A stretch of 64,000 nt of DNA from Octopus sinensis (Eukaryota). The translations under genes were made by a program, and so were the position numbers. The DNA is taken from positions 31,496,001 through 31,560,000 of the forward strand of contig NC_043014.1 of the NCBI RefSeq assembly GCF_006345805.1. Reading direction: 5' to 3'. The notes under the pieces are model-generated. The model did no database searches. It was not told the origin of the DNA and was given only the letters and a program-made list of their open reading frames with translations. Positions 24,330-37,330 of this stretch are shown here, one piece after another (position 1 is the stretch's first letter; each line of letters opens with the position of its first letter).

Positions 24330-25243
24330 TATGCAATGAAGTTTTGTGTGAAACTGGGGAAAAAAAGTTACAGAAACTTATGAAATGCTCCAGGCTGCTT
24401 ATGGATGAACTTGTAGGAATCGAGCATCTGTTTTTCGCAGGTACAAGAGGCCAGGCAAAACAAGTCCACTGGGAAGTTCACGTTGATCCCCTTTTTCAAC
24501 AGCAAGGGCTTTGCACTGGCCAGACAGTCAACAAAGAGTATTTTTTCGTTTGTGGGGAGTAACCAACTACTTGACAGAAATGAGCATCAAAACTGTCTCT
24601 TACCCTCCCTACAGTCCACACCTTTGACTTTGGTTGTTCCCCAAGCTGAAGAAGAAAATGGAGAGGCTATGAGAAGGGTCCTGAACACCTTCACTTTAGA
24701 GGACTTCAACGGGTCCGTCACAAAGTGGTTTGAGTGCTACAAGTGCACTGAAGTCAAGGCAGCAAGCTGGCAGATATGTTAGCATGCCGGGCGAAATGCT
24801 TAGCGGTATTTCGTCTGCCATTACGTTCTGAGTTTAATTTCCGCTGAGGTTGACTTTGCCTTTCATCCTTTCAGGGTCGAAAAATTAAGTACAAGTTACG
24901 CACTGGGGTCGATGTAATCGACTTAATCCATTTGTCTGTCCTTGTTTGTCCTCTCTGTGTTTAGCCCCTTGTGGGTAGTAAAGAAATAGGTATTTTGTCT
25001 CCCGTTATATTCTGAGTTCAAATTCTGCCAAGGTCGATTTTGCCTTTCATCCTTTTGGGGTCGATCTAATCGACTTAATCCCTTTGTCTGCTCTTGTTTG
25101 TTCCCTCTATGTTTAGCCCCTTGTGGATAATAAAGAAATAAGTGCACTGAAGTCAAAGGATTCTACTTTGAAGGAGATTAGAGTTTTGTACTTCTTTGAA
25201 ATTAATAAATGCCTCTTCTGAAAATCTCTCAAAACTTCTGGAA
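24330..25243 (+). mobile_element. Decayed, internally deleted mariner (Tc1/mariner) element split by a SINE
   Basis: Frameshifted transposase motifs KLGKKVTETYEMLQAAYG, FMLIPFFNSKG / TGQTVNKEY, YPPYSPHL..LWLFPKLK, and EDF..KWFECYKCTEVK|GFYFEGD* continuing after the SINE; TIR-like AAACTTCTGGAAAGTACCTTGTA at the right end. Confidence 0.8.
24758..25139 (+). mobile_element. SINE family B (duplicated form) inserted in mariner, 17-bp TSD
   Basis: AAGTGCACTGAAGTCAA at 24741-24757 and 25140-25156. Confidence 0.9.
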
Positions 25244-25479
25244 AGTACCTTGTACTGATTCTAGTCACAATCACAAATAGCTGTACTTATTTAAAAAAAT
25301 TTTTTCTCCCCTAATATCTACAAACAGAAATGGATATTTATTTCCAGAAATGTGGCTCACTTAAATCCAAATACATAGTATTCAATGATGCAATAGCACT
25401 GTTACTTGTAATCAAATTTTATTGTCTAGTGGTTAACACTTTCAAATTCACAATGACTTGTATGTACTGTGGTACTTAC

Positions 25480-25735
25480 TTCTAGTAAACTCTTTTGATG
25501 AACTGCCTAAGTTATGGAGGCAATAAACAGACCAACACCAGTTGTCAAGCAGAAGGGAAAACAAATACAGACACAAAGACATACACACACATACACATGA
25601 GTTTCCATCTACTAAATTCAATCACAAGGTATTAATCAGTTCAGGAGTATAGCAGAAGGTGTTGTGCGGTGGGATTGAACCTGAAACCATATGGTTGCAA
25701 AGTAAGCTTCTTAATCACACAGCTATGCCTGTACC
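25480..25735 (-). mobile_element. SINE family A, degenerate
   Basis: GGGATTGAACCTGAAACCATATGGTTGC..CACACAGCTATGCCTG. Confidence 0.65.
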
Positions 25736-27149
25736 TGAAGGAGTTCATATATAACTATTCTGGAAGAAAGGCCTATTCTGTGATTTTCGCATAATATCTA
25801 ACACCTGGCAATGTTTTATATAACTACATTTATAACTGTTATATCTAGATAACGTTCAATGTATTAACTTCTTGGTTATGGTTGAATGTGAAGCAATGTA
25901 ACTACTACTATAATAAATCCTTTCTGTCAGTTAACTCTGCCATGCACAGTAGTGATACCACCGCCACGACCACCACCACCACTACTACATAACTACTCTA
26001 ACAATAGATCATGTTGTCTTTGAGCTTAAAGTAAGTCTGATGAAGTCTAATGTACACACACAAGACAAGACAAGTGATTGTAAGACGTAACCCATTTTTG
26101 CAAAAGATTTTACCTTGGAAGTCCCCGCATATGAAAGGATTAAACAGCACTTACGATGCATGTGCATGAATGCACTGAAGAGTGAACGTCTGCACTAATA
26201 ATTTTGAGCATTGTCTTTTTGTCTCTGTGACATGCTAGTGACATACTTGGTTCCCTAAATAACAGAAGACAGATATTTAACATAAGTCTAAACTGCGTGA
26301 TACTTCATGTGGAAAATTACGTTTTTTAGGTTTAATATTTATTTAAAATGATGATGCCATTAATTTCTTGAAAGGTGGTGAGGAGGTGTGTGTATGTGTG
26401 GAGGATTTCTGAGGTAAAAGAGAATGGGGAGGGAGAGAAAAGAAAGCATAATCTTTTCAAATATTGTAAATCTTATGAAGTGCTAAGTGCACCGCTGGCA
26501 CAAACAGTTGCTTTAATCTTATATGCCACTAAATGTGGGATACGGGGGTAGGGGCTATAGGGTGTCCATGGAACTCTCCTCTGAGTTGCAATGTTTGTGT
26601 AGGGCAAATCAGAATGTGCAGATCTTGCCCATTTGTCAGTCTATTTCAGCAGTGGCAGCTTTCATATATATATTTTTATATTTTATAAAGGTGTAATGAG
26701 TTGAAAAACCTGTCAGTTATTTCAAATAGGTTGAACAATAAGGCAGGTTTTTGCTTTTTTAACCATGAGACTCCACTGTTCAAAGATGTCTCACCGATAC
26801 ACCTGTAATCATCCCATCTTTTGTCCACATGCAGCACAACTAAGATCACATATCCAGCGTGTCTTCTCTTGGAATATTGTAGAATGCAATTTAAAGGAGA
26901 TTTGGCTGCAATTTCTAGCAGGTCAGACAACCAACAAATAGCTGTAATTGTGTTGTTGGATTCAACAGCAAGCTAATACAATATTCATCAATTACAGAGT
27001 GCTGCTATCTACAGGGTTTATCTACAACTTCACTACCAGTGCAGCCTGAAAACAGAACAAAGGGACATAACTGAATAGAAATTTGCATTGCTACCTCTGT
27101 CACTTTACAGCCTTAATTTGATTTTATGGAGCAAAGTTCAATGTGTGTA

Positions 27150-27570
27150 TCTTTTATCTTTTACTTGTTTCAGTCATTAGACTGCGTCATGCTGGGGCAA
27201 TGTCTTGAGGACACTGTCTTTTAGTCAAATTAATTATCCCCAGTACTTATTCAGTCGGTCTCTTTTGCTGAAGCATTAAGTTATGGGGATGTAAACACAC
27301 CAACACTGGTAGTCAAACAGTACTGGGGGACAAACTTAGACATGACACACATGCATGTACATTATATGTATATTTATACATTTAACCCTTCAGTTTTTTA
27401 TACTAACTCTATCTGGCCAAAATATTCTACCTGTTTCATGTCCAAACCAGCCAGATCCAGCCTCTCACACCTACCCTACAATGTCATTTTAGAAATATAG
27501 TCACCTCTTTGAAATCTCAAAGCTACAAGATAATGCATAATCAATGCAAAACAATGCGAATAAACAAGTG
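27150..27570. mobile_element. SINE family A 3' half (minus) followed by a piggyBac-type MITE fragment
   Basis: TTTTACTTGTTTCAGTCATTAGACTGCG.. then TTAACCCTT..CAGATCCAGCCTCTCACACCTACCCTACAATGTC. Confidence 0.65.
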
Positions 27571-28439
27571 TTACATATCACAGAGTCATCTGAAAGCAAA
27601 GAATCTAGACTACATGAAGGACCAGCATTTGAAACATCAAGACTCTTTCCCTTCTCTTTAAGTGATAAACTAATACGACATCTATTAAAACTCATCCCCA
27701 CCCCATATTGTCTTTTTTCTTTTCATGTTCATTGCTTTCTATATATACATGTATATACACCAAATAAAACAGAATTCAAATAGACTAGTGTTGGTCAGCA
27801 GAAAAAGTGCAGTGGAACAGCTGTAGAGAGTAGAATATCCAACATTTCAGACAGAACCCATCTTCAAGATTTATGATGACTGGAGTGCAAAAAAAAAATG
27901 AAATCATCAGAGTTTTACATCCTCTATGTTTGAGCAGTAGCAACTTGTCACTCTATAAAACTGTAGTTCTTCCTTCTTTCTCTCCTTTCATCTTTACCTT
28001 GAAGAAGGACTGTCTGAGACATTGGATGCTCTACTTCCCAAAGCTATTCCAACTGTACTCTTCCTATCTTTGTGCATAAATTCACAAATTTTTTCTACAT
28101 TTTCTGGCATTTTGCAAGTGAACACTTTTTCATTGTGAATGATACCCCAAAATCCTTGCAGTGTACATTCCACTCAGAAACCTAAATTCAATCAAAAAAA
28201 TATCTGCCAAAAGCCTGAAAAATATATTTAGGGTCTTGGTAGCAGATTTACCAAGCTTTATGCAAAGTTTCATACAAGGACATTACTAAAAATTTGTCAA
28301 CCATCAGAAAATTACAAAGCTGTTTCTAATACATTACAAAATAGTAATAGTTGAACAGGAGTAAATAGTATGTAAAATTGTAGTAGACTAATCAGCTGTA
28401 CAGGCATTTCTGTTCAATGGTATAACATGCAACTTTCTG

Positions 28440-28925
28440 ATAACACTTCTAATAGGAATACTATGTGACCAACAACAAAATTCTGCAAAGAGCTGTCAGC
28501 CAAAACATTGACTTGCTGATCATCAAAAACATCATCTTTGGTGGTCGGGACATGAAGCAAGAATGGAAGAGTCAAGGTTCCCACGCCAAGTCTTATTCAG
28601 CGAGCTCACTTCAGGGAAAAGACTACAAGGTTGCCTTCTTCAAAGACTCAAAGACACAAGGACCAACTCAAAGCAACATTAAAGCCACTGAACTTGAGCC
28701 TAAATCCTTTGAAACATAAGCTTGTGACTGCACCAACTGCTGGTGTTCCATCACCATTGAAACCAAAATTTCAAAGCCACCAGAAGAGAAAAGGAAGAAA
28801 TCAAATGACAAGAAAGAAAGGCTTGACAAAAATCAACCCTGTCCCCCACCAACATTACCATGCAGTCAATGCCATCAACTCTTCCATGCAAGAATTGCTC
28901 TACATGGTCATCAATGCCATCACCA
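28440..28925 (+). mobile_element. Decayed RTE-clade LINE C-terminus with CCHH zinc finger
   Basis: VTNNKILQRA..LLII, PRQVLFSEL, FKDS.K, and TGCAGTCAATGCCATCAACTCTTCCATGCAAGAATTGCTCTACATGGTCAT = CSQCHQLFHARIALHGH. Confidence 0.8.
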
Positions 28926-29211
28926 TAAAGGAAGCGATCAGCAAAGAAGAAATTAAATTCTTGGATGAGATAAAGCCAACATGTATATTTATGTGTGTGT
29001 GTGTATTAATATTTCACTAAGGCATTGTGATGTTAATAACCTGGTGTTACTCAATAAACATATGGTTCAGTTATGAAGTGTCAGGTGAGAACAGAGTGGT
29101 AATAAGAAATTGGGATGACCAAGAAATAAACATGTTATGAACTTCATTAGCTAACAGCTGTTTCTGCTTTGAGATGCAAAGCACTCATAGCTGAGTGCTC
29201 AGGTACCACAC

Positions 29212-29275
<64 letters not shown>

Positions 29276-29583
29276 CACATACATACATACAAACATACAT
29301 ACACATATTTAGAAAAAAATCGATGTAAAAGAAACATTTGTTTATTTACTTTACGTTCATTTTTCCATGTTGGTATAGGTTTTAAGGAGATTTATTTCAC
29401 TATTTAAAAATTTTTTTTATCTGATCTTCCACCTGTTGCCAATCCTTGCCGGCTTTCCATGTTGAAAATATTTTATCCCACCAGTTTTCAAAAGTGCTGA
29501 GCTACAGGACCTTATTACTGACTGGAAATGTCAATACATCACTATTTTGGAGAATGTAAACATTTGTTCACAAATACAAACAT

Positions 29584-29618
<35 letters not shown>

Positions 29619-30177
29619 ATGTAGGCACAGGCATGGCTGTGTAGTAAGAAGTTTATCTTCCCAACCACATGGTTCCAGATTCACCCCACCATCTCTCTCC
29701 CTCTCTCTCTCTCTTGCACACTCACACTCTTGCTCTTTCCCTTTGACTAGGTAACTATATCTCCTCTACAGTGACACACCTGTTTCTGTCTCTCTGTCGC
29801 AATGCAACCTTTCATACCTGTGACAAGGTTACCTCTGTCAATGAACCCCCCCACACACACACCTCTCAAAAGATCTTTGTCTTGCAAGTTACTTGGTAAC
29901 CTCACTAGTATTGGTGCCACATAAAAAGCATTCAGCTGTAAAAACCATGTCAAAACTGACCTCACCAGTGCTGGTGTCATGTAAAAAGCACTCAGTCCAC
30001 TCTGATGATGATGATGATGATGATGTGTGTGTGCATGCCTGTGTTTGCTCCCTACCACTGCATCAGAAATGGTGTTGGTTTGTTTATGTCTCAATAACTT
30101 AGCAGTTCAAATACAAGACTAATGGAATAAGTACCTGGCTATGTATATAAAAAAGAAAAAAATACTGGAGTCAATTC

Positions 30178-30315
30178 ATTTGCCCCAGCATGGCCATTAA
30201 TTGGCTCCAACATGTCCCTCATTTGTCCCAGCATGGCCATCAATTTTCACCAACATGTCCATCATTTGCTCCAGCATGTCCATCAATTCATTTGTTCCAG
30301 TATGTCCATCATCCA
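30178..30315 (+). repeat. Short tandem amplification of the SINE A tail motif CATTTGCCCCAGCATGGCCAT
   Basis: 4-6 degenerate repeats at the 3' end of a SINE A remnant (30050-30200). Confidence 0.7.
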
Positions 30316-31463
30316 ATGACTAAGCTGAGTAAAATGTGATATAATATATGTGTGTATGTGTGTGTATATATACACACACACACACACATACCACACAGCA
30401 ATTTTGGCCAAAATGCACAGTTGCAGTTTTTACATCACCACCACAACATTGGGAAGAGAAGGATGCTGAGTATTAGAAGCTGCACTACAGAAAGTTAGCC
30501 TGCAGATTTACTGTGCACATGTGTAGGCCGTGGCACATCAACTCCCTAAACATACACATAAATACATGTGAAGACAAAGACACAAACACACAGATGCATA
30601 CACACATGCAAGCATGTACACACTGACACACGCATGCATGCAGATGAAGCAGACCAGGTCTAAAACTATGGTAACCAATGCAGATATTGGTTCCTTTTAA
30701 AGCATATATCAAATGAGGAAAGATTAAAATGTACGGCCAGTCTCTATCGAGATAAATAATGTATTTAAATTGCCAATTAACTAACAGAATACTGACATTT
30801 GTAAAGAACAAAAATAATATATTTGAAATATACAATATATATATATATATATATCAATGCACAAACGCACATATATCTAATATAGAAGATAAAATACACA
30901 CACATGTATGTACTGATATACACACATACATATCATAATATAACTATATAATACAAAATCAAACTTTGTTTTAACCATTCAATTAATAATGATTGATGTT
31001 GCTATTCTAGTTCAGGGTTTTGTTGTTTTCCTGTTTTATCTGCCTTTCCGTTTTCCGTTTTTTTTTTTGGTTGGTGTTTGTTGTCTGCTTTTTCCCCTCC
31101 ACCACAAATTTATTTATTTGTTTATTTATTTATTTGTTCTCTTTCAAACATTTTGTAATTCATTTATTTTATTTTATTTTATTTTATTTTACTTTCTTCA
31201 TATTTAGAGGTATTTAATTTATTTGTTTGTTCTTTCAATTTAACTCTCTAATCATTGGATTCTTTTAAATCAAGAATGGTCTGAAAGCCTAATTATTGAA
31301 ATTGAATTAATAATAATAATGATGATGATGATGATGATTTCTTTTATTTGCCACCAGGGTGAAGGATGAATGGGGAAAATGCAAAGAGAGACAAAGTGTG
31401 AGTGTGTGTGGGTTATATATAGTGAAATGATAAAAATAAAAGAAATAAAATAAAAAGGGGGGT

Positions 31464-31494
<31 letters not shown>

Positions 31495-31584
31495 CAACAA
31501 CATACTGAAAGAGAGAGGAGGGAGAACGAAAGAAAGTTGTACTAAAGGGATGAGAATTGGAAACATTCACAGAATGTAGTTGAG

Positions 31585-31619
<35 letters not shown>

Positions 31620-32164
31620 TAAGGAAAACAGAAAGGGGTGCAAGGCAAATAGAGAAAAAATACTTCAAAGTGATTTTTTTTTCCATTTCATATTCGTTTT
31701 ATGGTTTTGTGTTGCTGACTGAAAACTTGAGGGTTATATAAGATTTAAGAACAATGAGTATCAAAGCATTCATTGCTAATTAAATTTTGGCCACTTTTAA
31801 GTAATTACCATCATCAACACATAATATACATCATATACGTAAGTGTGAATGAGAGGGAGAGAGAGAGAATGTGTGCATGAGTGAGAATGTATGTGTGTAT
31901 GCATGTGTGTGAGTAATATACAGACATCATTTGGTTCTTTAATTGGTCTCAGTTGATGCACTGTGGCCATGTTCAAACACTGTCTTCAAGAGCTGGGTGA
32001 AGCATAACCTCCAATAACACTTATTTTGGTCTAGTAGTGTATACTTTTAATCAGTACATTTTAAACAAATACCAACATTTTGTATCTGAATGTACAATCA
32101 CCCCCTAATCCGCCCACAAACTTCAGGCCTTGCGCCTATAGTAGAAAAGATTAATATTATTTTT

Positions 32165-32377
32165 AAGGTGTTGACCGGGCAGAATCATTACTGCAGTGGG
32201 CAAAATGTTTAGTGACATTTGGTCCATCTTTACATACTGGGCTTAAATGCCACCAAGGTCAACTTTGCCTTTCACCCTTTCGGGGTTGATAAAATAAGTA
32301 CCAGTTGAATCCTGGGGATCGATCTAATCGACTTACCCCTCCCCCGAAATAGCTAGCTTTAGGTCAAAACTCGAAAC

Positions 32378-32419
<42 letters not shown>

Positions 32420-32645
32420 GATTAAGGTGGCGAACTGACAAAATCATTAGAACGTCAGGTAAAATGCTTAACAGTATTTCATCCATCTTCTACATTCTGA
32501 GTTCAAATTCTGCCACGGTCAACTTTGGCTTTCGTCCTTTTGGGGTTGATAAATTTAAGTACCAATGAAACTCTGGGGTCGATGTAATCAACTAGTCCCC
32601 TCCTTGCAAATTTCAGGTCTTGTGTCTTTAGTGGGAAGAATTATT
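32165..32645 (+). mobile_element. Two tandem SINE family B copies with (TTA)n tails
   Basis: AAGGTCAACTTTGCCTTTCACCCTTTCGGGGTTGATAAA twice, separated by (TTA)n at 32379-32419. Confidence 0.8.
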
Positions 32646-33262
32646 ATTATAATTATTATTTTGCAATATCTATATGTCAAACTGCTAAGTTATGGGACTC
32701 AGAGGGCCACAACACATAGGCTTATACCTACTTCACTCACTAGGCATTAGTTGGCCCAGGGTTATAGCTGAAGAAACTTGTCCAACGTGTCACAGAGTAG
32801 CACTGAACCTGAAACCACATGGCTGAGAAGTAAACTTCTTAAATGCAACTCACATGCATTATTCTAACCAATATGCAATACGTTGGAATCAGACCTAAAG
32901 CCACATGTTTGTGAATTGTACTTCTTAATCACATTATCCTAAATATTTATCTATCTATCGTCCCCATCATTTTAATGTCCACTTTTCCATGTTTGTATGT
33001 ATCAGATAGAATCTGCTGAAGTGGATTTTCTATGGTCAGCTGTTTTTTCTATCACCAACCTTTACCAGTTTCCAAGTAAGGTGATATTCGCCCATGACCA
33101 AACTTGTTTTTTACAGAAGATTGGAAATAAAAGACTCCACTTGCATGGAAGTGTCACTTGTCTACAATCATCATATGATGTTAAGGCATGTAACACACTC
33201 TCGCACATACATACACAAATGCATGCACACACACACACACTAGGGGCCTCTTTTCAGTTTCT

Positions 33263-33478
33263 TATTTCTTTATTGCCCACAAGGGGCTAAACAAGGACAA
33301 AGGGATTAAGTCGATTACATTGACCCCTGTGCGTAACTAGTACTTTATTTATCGACCCTGAAAGGATGAAAGGCAAAGTCGACCTCGGCAGAATTTTAAC
33401 TCAGAAGGTAACAGCAGACGAAATACTGATAAGCTTTTCGCCTGGCGTGCAAGCGTTTCTGCCAGCTCGCCGCCTTCA
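33263..33478 (-). mobile_element. SINE family B in a SINE A remnant, 21-bp TSD
   Basis: AGGGGCCTCTTTTCAGTTTCT at 33242-33262 and 33484-33504. Confidence 0.9.
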
Positions 33479-35306
33479 AAAAGAGGGGCCTCTTTTCAGT
33501 TTCTACCTACCAGATCCGCTCACAAATTCAATACTTTACTACAAACCAGAATCAATCTTCCTCTCCCTCTCAGCTGGTCAAATGTTAAAATGAAAACGAG
33601 CAGGTCGTTATCTACCATCTGATGCCCAGAACACAGAACAGCAACAGGATACCAAGAAACCAGTGATTTATCAATTTCACCGCCAAGATTTCTTCCAACA
33701 AGAAATAATACTGGTATTAACAAGACAATTGAGTGTATTCACTAATGCATCAAAGAATAAGCATGAGATGTCTGGAGAAAAAAATCCAGAAATCAGATCT
33801 AAAACAAGTACCTTGTCTTTAACAGAACATAGTCTGAAACAGATATAGGAACCTCTTCACTGTCGTTGCATTAGAGAGTGAGATGAGGAGACGCTAGTGG
33901 AGAACAGGAGCAAATGTAGAAAATGTAAATTAAGAGGAAAACTACAGAAGCAAGATGAAAAGAGAGGCAGACAGACTAAGAAAGACTTGCTCGAGAGAGA
34001 GAGAGAGGGGGGAGAGAGTGAGAATATCAAACATATTTAAATTCTGTCTGACCCATGCAAGCATGGAAAAGGGGATGTTAAAACAAAATATGTGTGTGTG
34101 TGTAAGTAGGGGTGAGGAGAGAGGCATAGACAGAGACTGAAAACAGCAAACTCTAAGGACACCAAAAGTTTGCAGCAAAAAGAGAGAGTGGGAAAGAGAG
34201 GTGGGGAGAGAAAGAGAAGTAGAAAAAGGAAATAAGCAGAAAGCGGAGGTTGGAGACAGAGAGAAACAGACGGAGAATGTAGAACATTTACAATAGTTTG
34301 ACAAAGAAACAAGAATGAGTATGTGTGTGCATACACAGACACATACTTGTTCATATACATTGAAGACCTCCACCCCCATTCCAATCCCCACTATACTCCT
34401 GAAGGTTGCAAAGTAATCCAGGAACATGATGGCAACAATATCAAAAGTTACCGGTTCCCAAGAGCCAGATATTCAAACCGATTACTTTTATGACTGGTTC
34501 TTCATTTCGGTTTGTTGATTCCGGAAGACAAAGCAAAGATGGCATGACCAGTAAGTAGAGAATAAACTTGCAAAATATTCTTTACTTTTTATATATATTT
34601 ATGTATTTATTTACTATTGTATTGTTTTTTTTTATTTCTCTAGTTTTTGTCAAACCTTTTAAACACAAGTGGATTTAGCTTTTATTTATTTACCAACTTA
34701 TTTATTATTATTATTATTTATATTATAATTTTGCAAAGAGGTATAAAAATTCATTATTTTTTTTTTTATATCTCCCCTGATGAAATATGACACACATCCA
34801 CTTGAGCACATGTACACTAGTGCACATTCACACACTGAAACTGTACCAACACAATTCAACACACTCTACCACTGATAATAATTTGCACACCTTCATATAC
34901 AACCGATATCAACATACACTACTGAACACAAAGAAACCTATACACACATACACACACACACCTAGAAATACAACATTGGACACACAAATTTCAAAAGAGG
35001 CTATATTCCATTCTGTATTCAAATATAAGTAAACAACACAATTAAATAGATCAAAAGGCAAACACACACATATACATATATGGGTGGGGTACAGTACAAA
35101 TGGGACATATAGAACTCAATACATAAAGTAGAGTGCTTATACTATTTTATTATAGGTTGGAAGCTACATCAGTGACTCAAGAGTCATGCAAGAAAAGTTT
35201 GTCCGCATGAACTGCTTGGCCCAGCAATAATACGTGTGTGTGTGTGTATCAATGTTTTAATGTCAACTTTTCCATTCTTGCATGAGTTGTATGAAATTTG
35301 TGTATA

Positions 35307-36176
35307 TCTATAAACTATTAAAAGTGAAGTTCAATCTTGTTTGCTTGCAATGTTACACAACCAAACTGGCGCATAATGGGAAAATACTTTGAAAGTAATA
35401 TGCCCCTGAAATGTGAATACGAATAGAATAAAAAAAGTTTAGTGTAAATCAGACCAGTATTTAGAGATATTTGGTGATTTTGGGATATAAATACCAAAAA
35501 TAGTGCATAACGGCAAAATACTCCAAAAATAAGAAACTCTAACCTTTCCATTAGATACATTATGATAGGCAAAATATTTTTAAGCGAAAATCAAAGATTT
35601 GGCTGCTATTTCTGGCATGCCCTGCCACCATGTAACAGCTATTTGCGAGAAAGGACCCAAAATACCTGTTTCACGGTAGCAGGGCATGCAAGAAATGGCA
35701 GCCAAATGTTTCCTTTTCTGGGGAAAGGAGCCATTTACGTGTGATTTCAATGTCATATTCATTGAATATGATGGGCAAAATATTTTTCAGTGAAAATAAC
35801 TTTAAAAATATAATAAATATTTTGTAAAAGACTGGTTTGTAACCTCAGTGTGAAATAATTTCTTTCTATAAGTTTTTTCGAGTGCATTCAAAGTATCTCA
35901 CCTCCCAAGATTTGGCTGTTATTTCTAGCATCCCCTGCCATCATGTAACAGCTATTTGCAATAAAGGACCCGAAATACCAGTTACATGGTAGCAGGATGT
36001 GCAAGAAATAGCAGCCAAATCTTCCTTTTTCTGAGGAAAGGAACTGTTTACTTGTGATTTCGATGTCACATTCGTTGAAAGCATGCAGAACAAAACATGG
36101 AAAAAAAACCTCACAAAACAAAATCCCATTGCTGGGAAATTCAGACTTCCCCGATGATCCAATGGGTCACGAGTAG
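35307..36176 (+). mobile_element. Probable non-autonomous Helitron with tandem internal hairpin modules
   Basis: A|TCTATAAACTATTAAAAGTG start; 3' hairpin TGATCC-AAT-GGGTCA like the one at 58103-58117, then GAGTAG|T; ~313-bp internal repeat. Confidence 0.55.
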
Positions 36177-36769
36177 TCTGGTGTGTATATATATATATAT
36201 ATATATAGGTGAAAAATTAATGAGTGCATGCATTACATAAATATTTTCAGGATTAAATAAAAAGACAACAAATGGAAAATTACATACCTATATACATAAT
36301 TCAAAAGAATGTGTAGTAAATAAACAAACGAACATATACTACATACACAGGTGAACAGAAATCACAGAAGGTCACCAATTCTTCATCAGTTATTGGCCAG
36401 AGGGTCAAACACAATTTCAGACATTATTGATAATGAGTGAAGAATTGGTAACCTGTGTTTTCTGTTTGCCTGTGTATTTAGTATAAGTCCATCTATTTAT
36501 TTACTACATATTTTTATGAAGTATATATATATATATATAGGTATGTCATATTTTCCATTTGTTGTCTTCACATTTAACCCTGAAAAAAGAAATATATATA
36601 TATATATATATACAACAAGCAAGTGTATTAGTTTGATGCTCGGTAAAATGGAAAAGTCTTTTATGCTTTGAGCCTATGCTCTTCAACAGAAAGCAATAAG
36701 AGGAAATAAATAAAGAGGGAATGAAATACAAAGGTGTTGAGTTCTGTGGTCCAACACACACATATATAT

Positions 36770-37330
36770 CATTCAATGTCCACTTTCCATGCTGACATGG
36801 GTTAGATGGTTTGACAGGAGCTGATAAGGCTGGGGTCTGCATCAGACTCCATTGTCTGTTCTAGCATAGTTTCTATGGCTGGATGCCCTTCCTAATGCCA
36901 ACCACTTTACAGAGTGTACTGGGTTCTTTTTATGTGGTACAAACACCAGTGCTTTTAACATGGCATCAACACAAATGCTTTTCATGTGGCACCAGCATTA
37001 GTATTAATTCTGCTGTGGTGGATGGGTTTTCTTGAGTACAGCAAGGCACCTTTGTCATCTTCTTAAGGATCAGTGTCTTGAAATTGGCCTTCAATACTTT
37101 GTCTCACATCTTCCTGGGTCTCCTACCAAAAGTTCCATCCACTTTAAGTGGTTCACACTTCAGTATGCAACTGCCTACATCCATACACATCACATAACCA
37201 AACCAGTGCAGTCTTCTCTCTTGCACACTGCATCAAATTCCTCTTGTACCCAACTTTTCTCTCAATACACCAATGCTCTGGCACACATGTACACTGACAC
37301 TGCACATCCAACAGAGCACTCTAGCATCAT
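36770..37330 (-). mobile_element. RTE LINE 3' end with decayed C-terminal coding remnant
   Basis: Minus strand SVQERRLHWFGYVMCMDVGSCILKCEPLKVDGTFGRRPRKM, followed by the tail motif. Confidence 0.75.
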
